A stretch of 64,000 bases of DNA from Haliotis cracherodii (taxonomy: Eukaryota): assembly GCF_022045235.1 (NCBI RefSeq), contig NW_027266275.1, forward strand, positions 28,148,001 to 28,212,000, written 5' to 3'. Of the stretch, positions 49,290-60,800 are shown piece by piece. Position 1 is the first letter of the stretch. Every line of letters starts with the position of its first letter. Made by a program: the position numbers and the translations under genes. The notes under the pieces are model-generated. The model was not told the origin of the DNA. It worked only from the letters and a program-made list of their open reading frames with translations, and made no database searches.

Positions 49290-51365
49290 CTGGTGTTATC
49301 ATGCTGCATCACACCAGTGTGAGAGTCATGCTACATCAGTCTAATGTCATGCTGCATCACACTAGTGTGAGTCATGCCACATCAGTCTAGTGTTGTCGTG
49401 CTGCATCAGTCTAGTGTTGTGTCATGCTACATCACACCAGTGTGAGTCATGCTGCATCAGTCTAGTGTTGTCGTGCTGCATCAGTCTAGTGTTGTCATGT
49501 TGCATCAGTCTACTGTTGTGTCATGCTACATCACACAAGTGTGAGAGTCATGCTACATCAAACAAGTGTGAGAGTCATGCTGCATCAGTCTAGTGTTGTC
49601 GTGCTGCATCAATCTAGTGTTGTCGTGCTGCATCAGTCTAGTGTTGTCATGCCACATCAGTCTACTGTTGTGCCATGCCGTATAAGTCTAGTATTTTGTC
49701 ATGCCACATCAGTCTAGTGTTGTCATGCTGCTTCAGTCTAGTGTTGTCACGCTGCATCAGTCTAGTGTTGTCACGCTGCATCAGTCTAGTGTTGTCATGC
49801 CACCTAAGTCTACTGTTGTGCCATGCTGTATAAGTCTAGTATTGTGTCATGCTACATCACACAAGTGTGAGAGTCATGCCACCTCAATCTAGTGTTGTCA
49901 CGCTGCATCAGACTAGTGTTGTCATGTCACTTCAGTCTACTGTTGTGCCATGCTGTATAAGTCTAGTATTGTGTCATGCCACATCAGTCTAGTGTTGCAT
50001 GCTGCATCAAACTAGTGTTGTCACGCTGCATCAGTCTAGTGTTGTCACGCTGCATCAGTCTAGTGTTGTCATGCCACCTCAGTCTACTGTTGTGCCATGC
50101 TCTATAAGTCTAGTATTGTGTCATGCCACATCAGTTTAGTGATGTCATGCTGCATCACACTAGTGTTGTCACGCTGCATCAGTCTAGTGTTGTGTCATGC
50201 TACATCACACAAGTGTGAGAGTCATGCTGCATCAGTCTAGTGTTGTCGTGCTGCATCAGTCTAGTGTTGTCGTGCTGCATCAGTCTAGTGTTGTCATGCT
50301 GCATCAGTCTACTGATGTGCCATGCTGTATAAGTCTAGTATTGTGTCATGCTGCATCACACTAGTGTTGTCATGCTGCATCACACTAGTGTTGTCACGCT
50401 GCATCACACTAGTGTTGTCATGCCACCTCAGTCTAGTGTTGTCATGCTGCATCAGTCTAGTTTTATGTCATGCTACATCACACAAGTGTGAGAGTCATGC
50501 TGAATCAGTCTACTGTTGTGCCATGCTCTATAAGTCTAGTATTGTGTCATGCCACATCAGTTAAGTGTTGTCATGCTGCATCACACTAGTGTTGTCACGC
50601 TGCATCAGTCTAGTGTTGTGTCATGCTACATCACACAAGTGTGAGAGTCATGCTGCATCAGACTCGTGTTGTTGTGCTGCATCAGTCTAGTGTTGTTGTG
50701 CTGCATCAGTCTAGTGTTGTCATGCTGCATCAGTCTACTGATGTGCCATGCTGTATAAGTCTAGTATTGTGTCATGCCACATCAGTTTAGTGTTGTCATG
50801 CTGCATCACACTAGTGTTGTCACGCTGCATCACACTAGTGTTGTCACGCTGCATCACACAAGTGTTGTCATGCAGCATCACACTAGTGTTGTCACGCTGC
50901 ATCACACTAGTGTTGTCATGCTGCATCACACTAGTGTTGTCACGCTGCATCAAACTAGTGTTGTCATGCCACCTCAGTCTAGTTTTGTGTCATGCTACAT
51001 CACACAAGTGTGTGTCATGCTACATCAGTCTAGTGTTGTCGTGCTGCATCAGACTAGTGTTGTCATGCCACCTCAGTCTAGTGTTGTGTCATGCTACATC
51101 ACACAAAGTGTGTGAGTCATGCTACATCAGTCTAGTGTTGTCGTGCTGCATCAGACTAGTGTTGTCATGCCACCTCAGTCTAGTGTTGTGTCATGCTACA
51201 TCACACAAAGTGTGTGAGTCATGCTACATCAGTCTAGTGTTGTCGTTCTGCATCAGACTAGTGTTGTCATGCCACCTCAGTCTAGTGATGTGTCATGCCA
51301 CATCAGTCTAGTGTTGTCATGCTGTATTGTCATCAGTCTGCATTCTATTGTCATGCTGCATCATT
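49290..51365 (+). repeat. Minisatellite, about 24-bp unit with higher-order variant blocks
   Basis: GCTGCATCAGTCTAGTGTTGTCAT. Confidence 0.95.
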
Positions 51366-53371
51366 GCATGACTACTGTGTGGTGAATGACTCAAAGTATG
51401 TCATGTCATGTCATGTCAGGATTTCCTGAGAGTCCAAGGATCTGAAACTACTGTGATATTTTACAATGACCTGCCATTGTCACCACTGATGTTTTCATAT
51501 CATTTAGTGTTCAGTTGTGTGCATATGTAGATCTACAATTACTATTATCACATTTTGTTTTATTCTATATCATATCCTGCCATATTTGAAGCGGAGTGCT
51601 AAGATTTTATGCCTGAGGACATATATTTTCCACACACTTGCAATGAAATACATGCATTATCATAGTATAGCAGTTGAAGCACTTTTTCAACAGTTTGCAT
51701 TTTTTTATCCCTCTAGAACATGAATGCCTACTGATCAGGATTCAGCTGAATTGAGGATTAATGTGTAATGATTTTTCTGCAAAAACATTGGATTGACATA
51801 CCAAAGTGTGAGAAGATATTGATTTTAAAGGAAAGTATGTAATGCTTTAGAGGAATTGAAGTTGATTAATAGGATTCTGTATTTGATTTCCCATATGAAA
51901 AAATAACACATCTCTTACTTGGTGTGAGTAACGTGTGCACTTGACACTTTCCCCTCAGCTGTGCACAATGCATTATTTATTCATGTTGGTAGATTACCTC
52001 GACAAAATGTTCACTATTGATGCACTTATTTAAGTTTAGATTATGCCAATGGCTGATTTATGAAAGTGTACATTTACTGCAGAAAGAGACTTCACACGGC
52101 CCGGGTCTTGACTGAAATAATGCAGAAATAGGACCCATGCACATGGCACTTTTTGTTAGTTGAACAAGTGGGTTGATAACTTTCTTGATTCTTAACATTG
52201 TCAGCAGAACACAAAGTACATGTCATTTAGATGTAACTGCCAGCATGTTTATTACATCACAAGTAGCTGATGACAGTATAAGGGCTGTTTGACGTCTATC
52301 TGGCTGGTCAACTCTTCCTGCTAATGTTACTAGTCATAAGCCCTACTACACTGTTATTAGGGTTCTTTAATCTGACGGGGGAAATCGTCAGTAGCTCCTG
52401 TTTTTGTGCCCTTGGTATGCATCCATTCAGACATACCAGTTTTTTCACTGTTCATTGACCCATCCTCCAATCTGTTTATCTTTACTGTCGATATACATAC
52501 CTACCTGTGCCTCTGTATTTCTGATCAGTCAGATCTAGCCATCTCTCTAGCAAAGAATTACCTGTCATGCAGTATCCTTGATTACACACTTGCTATAATG
52601 TTTGTTACAGGTGTTCATATCTGTGAATACCAATACAATATAAAGTTGCATGGGCCCAGGTATTCATTAGCACGTGCATAGGTGTTGGTAAAAGTTATTC
52701 TTATTCTGAACCATGACCTTCAGGTTGAGTGAGATAAATACTTGAGTATGTGCATTAACCTCAAGGTCAAGGTTAGTAAGCATTATTTGCTGCATTGTGG
52801 GGATGTATCAATGTTTCTGTTATGACATTTCTCTGTCCTATTCCTTGGATATTGATTGTAAGGGCTATACCAGTTAATGGAATATTGACTACTGTAAACC
52901 ATAATGAACTACAAAACTCACAGAACAGATATATTTTCCCCCGGTGATTCATCACTTTTCTAGGAGGTAACATTTCAGTATTGTCATCACCTGTCATGTT
53001 AGTAATGCATGACAGTCGATTGTTAATGATCAACTTAACTCCAGGATGTAGAAGCCATGTTTTCTGTGTCCCGAGGGTGGAGAAAAGACCATGCTTCTCT
53101 ATCTCAGCTGGCTACCTAAGCTGTGTATGTCTTGTTCCTGTACATTCATATGTATTTGTGTTTCCATGCTCCACATGGTTAGAGTCTTTGTAACTATTTA
53201 ATTAACGTTTCTAAAATAGAAATAAAAAGCTTTAAAGTGGCTATGGAGTCCTGTTCTTGTTCTTAAGGTATACGATTCATTTTATCTAAAGCAGTATTAA
53301 GTTGAAGTGCACAACAGAGATGAAAGTCAGATCCTCCTTGATGGGTCTTTGCTGTTGTTAAAACAAATAGT

Positions 53372-53668
53372 TAAGGTGAAATTGGTTTTAATGTCGTGTT
53401 CAACATTATGCATGTGTGTGTGGTCGTGCGCTTATACAATTCCTGACTGGTGCTAACCCACTGAGATACCATGCTTTATCATTGATACCCCACTCAGACA
53501 CAGTGTACTGACTCTGACTCAGCCAGTCATTGTTTTAACCCCTAAATGCCGAGCGCCAGGCAGGGTAACAAGTAGTACCATGTTTTATCGTTTTTCGGTA
53601 TGATGCGGCTAGGGATCAAACCCCCAACCTTCTGCTCTACAGGCAGATGCTAGACCATGGAGGAGGTC
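53372..53668 (-). mobile_element. V-domain-like SINE copy
   Basis: Similar to 6444-6792. Confidence 0.8.
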
Positions 53669-55375
53669 ATGTACATATAGAAATCAAACTAAGTAAACAG
53701 TTTGTACACTTGACTTTATTTACAAATGCTTCACAGGATTTCTGGTACACGGAGATACATAACAAAGACAGGCACTACAGAGAACATGGAGCTACTGAAA
53801 GAGAGGAAATGACAAATAAAGTATGACTTCAGCTGACCTTGGTCAACCATTCATACAATACATGGTGACGTGATGAATATTTGTAAACCAGTATAGCTGC
53901 ATGATTTTGATACAAGTTAGTACCATTACCTTGAACAAAACTGTTTAATGGAAAAACTTTAACAAACTCTCTTACATTGCATTGTTTAACAGTGAACATG
54001 CTCATCAATATTAGGTACCTGTATATTAATTTAATCTGCTGTGCACTGTGCACCTTTAAGGCAGCTGGGAGACTATGCCATCATCACCAGTGGTTGGAGC
54101 TGGCAATGAGTGTATGGATAGGTGGCCACTCTCACCATTGCCTGGATTAGCTAATGTCTCACCCAACTGAGGCGTTTCTTCCTAAATATCGGTTTATAGT
54201 TTCCCCTGACCCACAATTTCATAAATGTAAAAAAAACACACTAAAATTATAGAAGTTTTTTAAGTTATTTTAACATTGAATAAACTTTAAAAAGACCAAT
54301 ACCACAGTGCAGCAATAACAACAGAACCAATGTCTACGTGCCTGAAACCATTTGAAAGCACCGTTGAAGTAAGCAATGTTAAATGCAATCGATACTTTTT
54401 CAGTAACAATGATTCACATGCTTCAAGCCAAGCTGCCTACAAACACGTTTCAAATGAATGACAACTGCTAGCATCCAGTATATGTATTTGATATTGATAG
54501 TGAATACTAAGTGGTGCCACACATGATCAGCAAAATAACACTTCATGATCAACAAAACACAACACAACACAACACAGCACACCTCGACAACAGTACTCAA
54601 CATTGTTTGCACATACCCCGCTATCACAACAAAAACCTCCAATAATGTAAAGATACATGTAATGACACCCTATCCCAGTCATCTGATGGACCAAGTATTC
54701 CCTCATAGTGGCAGGAACATGCCTGTTGACTTTCCCAGCAAACTACACAAACTGTATTCTGATCGACATACCTGTTACTTATCCCAATAAACAACTAACA
54801 GTTGCTTTGAGGTCAATGGGCATTAGTAAGCTTGTGACCTTTTCCACTCAAACTCCAAACTTTTAGGTCAAGTGACATTGATGTGTCTGTCGATATCCCA
54901 CTAAATCCACTTATTCTGAGGTGAAGATCATATGTCTTACCTCCCCAATCTCATAACAAAGTTCATGGAGTCGGTGTCCTTTGACGTAATTTATACCCGT
55001 TTCAAATGCTACAAAAGTAGAAGAAAAGCCATTTTGAAACCATGCTGACAGGATGTGTACAATTATTGTAATTAGTTTTAACACAAGTTAAAGGGATTTT
55101 TCTCTTGATCTGTTACAAAGCTGAACACATATTTCAATTCAATATTGGAGAAAATAACTGCATCATCCTTACAAAATGTATGGGAAAAGAAACTTTATAG
55201 CAAAACAAAACTCACAAACCTGATCATAAGCATTTCTTGTCTGTGTCTGTCAACCTTCAACTATGAACTTTTAACCTGTTGGCATTAGTTGCTTTCAATC
55301 TTCAACTATCAACTTCTTAGTGTATCGGTTGATTAATAACTTCAGCCATCTACCTCTGTGTGTACTGGTTGACTA

Positions 55376-55882
55376 CGAGGACTGGTCAAAAAGTTTTAAG
55401 CCTAACAAACAAATTCAATATTTGTAAAAGTGCTTTTAATTTTATATTTCAACATAATATCCCTGCTTTTCAATACACTTGTCAAATCGATACTGAAGCT
55501 TTTCAATTCCAGTCAAGTAAAAGTTTTCTGAAGACACCCAGAAAACCCCATCCATGGCAGCTTTGAATTCATCGTTGTCGGCATAGCAGTTTCCACGAAG
55601 GTGTTCTTTCATTTTAGGTAACAAGAGGAAATCACTCGCTGCCAGGTCTGGCGAGTATGGAGGGTGAGGAAGCTCTTCAATTTCGCATTGTCGCACAGCA
55701 GCCTTTGCAAGTCAAGAGGTATGAGCGGTGGCATTGTCATGATGAAGTAGAGCTCCAGCAGTCAACAGACCAAATACACTTGCAATGAACTACTCAAACA
55801 ATGTACTACACTGACTTGTTCACTTTGCTATGTCTCATAGTTGAAAGTTAGTCAGGCTTAGAACGTTTCTGACCAGTCCTCG
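55376..55882 (-). mobile_element. Internally deleted mariner (DD34D) element
   Basis: About 30-bp TIRs (CGAGGACTGGTCA...), TA duplications at 55374-55375 and 55883-55884; transposase remnant HHDNA..(34 aa)..YSPDLAASDF with an internal stop. Confidence 0.93.
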
Positions 55883-57639
55883 TATAAGTACTTTCTGACT
55901 TTATAGCTGCACAGTTCACAGAACCCCACCATTCTTGTCACATATTCCGCATCTCAATCACAACAAGGAATATATACAACATACTTTTACATGTATATAT
56001 AAATTTATGTGACAATGAATTCATGATGGGATGCAACATTTATTTGAAATGGATGCTTACAATGAACGTGTTTGAGACTCCGTTAGATGATGCATCATGG
56101 GATAACAGTGAAATCCGTCTAAATCCTGTTAAAACCTATTAAATCCAGTTAAACCCGGACAGAACTGTTCCCAGTGAAATGTCTGTATTAACAAACTGAG
56201 TCATGTCACTATAACTACTCCGTAGCCTATGGAGAAATAGGTGTGTTCATGTCACATTACTTATGTCCATACGAGCATACAGGACCCAAAGGCTATTTCT
56301 ACTAGCTTGAGGAATGATGTATCATACCGCAAGAACCTTCTCTCTATGGTCAAATGATTCACTTACTGCAAGAACATAGTTTACTGGTTTTCAAATGATA
56401 CTTTCTATTATATTAAAACATATATTATTCTCATATCATGACATGTGCATCCCATTCTGAAGTGTCTGTGATGAAGAGGTCTGAGGAAATATACAGCACA
56501 ATCTTTATATACAGAATATATGTCAAAGAATCAATAAAATGGAATGGTAATTTAGAATCAACAACATGACAAACAAACTGTAGAGATCAGATGTTAAAGA
56601 GCTTGCTGTTAGAAAGAATCTGTCAAACTTCATTAGCCTGATTAGTAGATACATATACCCAATAACAACATTCATATATTAAACATATACACAGTTTGAT
56701 ATTTTAACAGTGTCCTGTGCACCCACCTGACACTGCCCTCCGTCAGACACATGAGCTTAAATACTGCTCCTTAGTAGATTCACCATTCAGCAAGCTGGCT
56801 TTTACACCGCTTTTAGCAATATACGAAAAATAGGTTCACACATTGTACATTGTGTGGAATCAAACCAGGGCTTTGGCGTGATGAAACAACGCTGTAACCT
56901 CTAGGCTACCCTACTTATCACTGTAGTAGTTAAGTCATCAGGGATGTGGAAACTTCCATTATCTAATTTACAATAAACACAGTCATCATATATATTTGTC
57001 CAGATCTAGGCCTCCAGTCCAACTTGAGATACACGCAATTTTCCTGCCTGTATAGTGGATTTCAGGTCAAAACATCAGGTCCATCAGTCTAAAGCATTGT
57101 TTGGGACAAGTCAGAGCTTTCCTCACCCTGGATATTAAGGTCGACAGAGTGATGTTGTAACATATTAGTGACAGTCATGGGTGTACTTTGATGAAGCGGA
57201 ATGCCTATGAAGATGTAGCTTACAATGACACAATATGCTCAGTTGATGATAATGTCCAATATGTCAGTTGTCTGATGCAGTGAAACCTCATTCACTCCAA
57301 GTCCTCACAGCCATTGAAAATATATCTGTATTTCATGAAAATGCTAGTCTGTTAGAGCTTAGTGCCAATAAAGATTCAACTGGGAGTATTTTTATCAAGT
57401 TAAGTGAGTTTTGAGTTCGAGAGGTTTCACTGATTATTATTCATCACAGAGACGGAGAGTTGTGTTCCATGTATCTGACACTCCCATATTCAGATTTTTA
57501 TGTAACTTGACAGTCACCATCACTCGTGGAATACTGGTGTTGAGATATATTTGTTCAGATCTGTGTCCCACACATATATGTATTGTACCCCATTGAAAAG
57601 ATCCACACTTCCATGTGCTCATACTTCCTCCCTTCCTGA

Positions 57640-57836
57640 TCCCCCTCACACAAGACACACACTTCCTCGTCTTGTCATCCCCTCACACAAGACACACACT
57701 TCCTCGTCTTGTCATCCCCTCACACAAGACACACACTTCCTCGTCTTGTCATCCCCTCACACAAGACACACACTTCCTCATCTTGTCATCCCCTCACACA
57801 AGACACACACTTCCTCGTCTTGTCATCCCCTCACAC
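57640..57836. repeat. Tandem repeat, 37-bp unit, about 5.3 copies
   Basis: TCCCCTCACACAAGACACACACTTCCTCGTCTTGTCA. Confidence 0.95.
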
Positions 57837-57894
57837 GCGCTGGATCTCGAACAGCTTGACATTCGTGTCGTACCATACTGGGGGGTCAACATTT
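57831..57894 (-). CDS. HID1: HID1 last coding exon (NVDPPVWYDTNVKLFEIQRV*)
   Basis: Conserved C-terminus, TGA stop. Confidence 0.95.
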
Positions 57895-60800
57895 CTGAAA
57901 CAATAAACATACATGACATCAACTTGTCCTCTGGCCAGTCGGTCATACGGGTCATTCTGATTGGCAAGTAGTTAAGTAGACTTTAGAATGCTATCATTTA
58001 TGTCACAAATAAATAGGTAAAAAGTACTGAAAGAAATTCATATGTGACTTTTGTCATATAATATTAGAAGGGAGGGAAAATCAGTGGGGTCATCAATAAA
58101 CAAAACATTGAGTCATGAAAAACTGAACAGGTATTTTACCGTTACAATATTTGTGTAAACTATTGGCATCTTGAATGATGGAGTGGACAAGTATTTGGGA
58201 GGAATGACAAGTATCAAACTCTTGCTCAGACACTCTCTTCATCCAATAATCAGAATTTGTTTGACTTCAATTTTTCCACAAACAAATCTTCCTTGACTAA
58301 AATGATTTTACACTAAAACACAGGAAAACAAAATGCACATCCATATTATTCTGACATGCACTACTGGCAGATTGAAATCTTGTTTCACAACATGGCTGCA
58401 GGTGAGCTATGTGGTGATGAGGTTGCAGCTGAGGGTGTACTGACCTGAGATAGATGACTCCCCAGAGGTATGTCCGGAACCACATGGTGGTGCCGCTGTT
58501 GGCCTGGTACTTGCGGATGAGGATGGGGTGGGGCACTGGGAGGAGACCCACTAGTGTGCCATGTTGCAGGAACTTGAGGATTTCACTCTCGTCGGTCAGA
58601 CCCCTGTAAAAAAACCACAACATATTCCGTGACTCCTGATGCATATTCCCTCTCCTTGACATGTGTTCTGTATCAACTATTCCAAAGGGATGACCATTCA
58701 CTACTCCACTCACTGCATCTGAAACCACCCAGTGTTCCACTCACTCACTCACTCACTCACTCACTGTGTCTGAAACCCCCCAGTGTTCGACTCACTCACT
58801 CACTCATTCACTTTATCTGAAACCCCCCCAGTGTTCCACTCACTCACTGTGTCTGAAACCACCCAGTGTTCCACTCACTCACTTTATCTGAAACCCCCCC
58901 AGTGTTCCACTCACTCACTCACTTTATCTGAAACCACCCAGTGTTCCACTAACTCACTTTATCTGAAACCCCCCCAGTGTTCCACTCACTCACTTTATCT
59001 GAAACCCCCCCAGTGTTCCACTCACTCACTCACTTTATCTGAAACCCCCCCAGTGTTCCACTCACTCACTCACTTTATCTGAAACCCCCCCAGTGTTCCA
59101 CTCACTCACTCACTTTATCTGAAACCCCCCCAGTGTTCCACTCACTCACTCACTTTATCTGAAACCCCCCCAGTGTTCCACTCACTCACTCACTTTATCT
59201 GAAACCCTCCAGTGTTCCACTCACTCACTCACTTTATCTGAAACCCCCCCAGTGTTCCACTCACTCACTCACTCACTTTATCTGAAACCCCCCAGTGTTC
59301 CACTCACTCACTCACTTTATCTGAAACCCCCCAGTGTTCCACTAACTCACTCACTGTGTCTGAAACCTCCCAGTGTTCCATACACTCACACACTCAATGT
59401 GTCTGAAACCCCCCAGTGTTCCATACACTCACTCACTGTGTCTGAAACCACCCAGTGTTCCATACACTCACACACTCACTGTGTCTGAAACCCTCCAGTG
59501 TTCCATAATATCACTCACTGTGTCTGAAACCCCCCAGTGTTCCATACACTCACTCACTGTGTCTGAAACCACCCAGTGTTCCACTCACTCACTGTGTCTG
59601 AAACCACCCAGTGTTCCACTCACTCACTGTGTCTGAAACCACCCAGTGTTCCACTCACTCACTGTATCTGAAACCCCCCAGTGTTCCATACACTCACAGA
59701 GTGTCTGAAACCCCCTAGTTTTCCACTCACTCACTGTATATGAAACCCCCCAGTGTTCCATACACTCACTCACTGTGTCTGAAACCCCCCAGTGTTCCAT
59801 ACACTCACTCACTGTGTCTGAAGCCCCCTAGTTTTCCACTCACTCACTCACTGTGTCTGAAACCTCCCAGTGTTCCATACACTCACTCACTCACACACTC
59901 ACTGTGTCTGAAACCCCCCAGTGTTCCATACACTCACTCACTGTGTCTGAAACCACCCAGAGTTCCATACACTCACACACTCACTGTGTCTGAAACCCCC
60001 CAGTGTTCCATAATATCACTCACTGTGTCTGAAACCCCCCAGTATTCCATACACTCACTCACTGTGTCTGAAACCACCCAGTGTTCCACTCACTCACTCA
60101 CTCACTGTGTCTGAAACCCCCCAGTGTTCCATACACTCACTCACTGTGTCTGAAACCACCCAGTGTTCCACTCACTCACTGTATCTGAAAACCCCCAGTG
60201 TTCCATACACTCACACAGTGTCTGAAACCCCCTAGTTTTCCACTCACTCACTGTATATGAAACCCCCCAGTGTTCCACTCACTCACTCAGTGTCTGAAAC
60301 CCCCTAGTTTTCCACTCACTCACTGTATATGAAACCCCCCAGTGTTCCACTCACTCACTGTATCTGACACCCCCCAGTGTTCCACTCACTTGTCTATACA
60401 GATCTTCTCCACCTGTGGTACAAGCACCTGCAACATCCTCATGATGGTCTGCAGTGGCAGCTTCTGTTTCCAGGACTGGACCTGAAAGTTATAGCACCAC
60501 TGTAGTTTTACAGTTTTACCTGGCGCTGTGGGTAAACTCAGGTTCACACAGGGCCCACATGACTCCTGAAATCATCTAGACCCAGGAAGATCCGGGGTAG
60601 AATAGGTCTTCAGCAACCCATTCCTGCCGTAAAAGGCAACTATGCTTGTCGCAAGAGGCGACTAACGGGATTGGGTGGTCAGGCTCGCTGACTTGGTTGA
60701 TGCATGTCATCGTATTCCAATTTCATGCTCATGATGTCAATCACTGGATTGTCTGGTCCAGACTTGATTATTTACAGACTGCCGTCATATATCAGGAATA

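Noticed and set aside
47436-57640. Polyadenylation sites for CEP131 and HID1
   Set aside because: There are several AATAAA/TTTATT candidates (for example near 48174 and 53715), and they cannot be chosen without transcript data.
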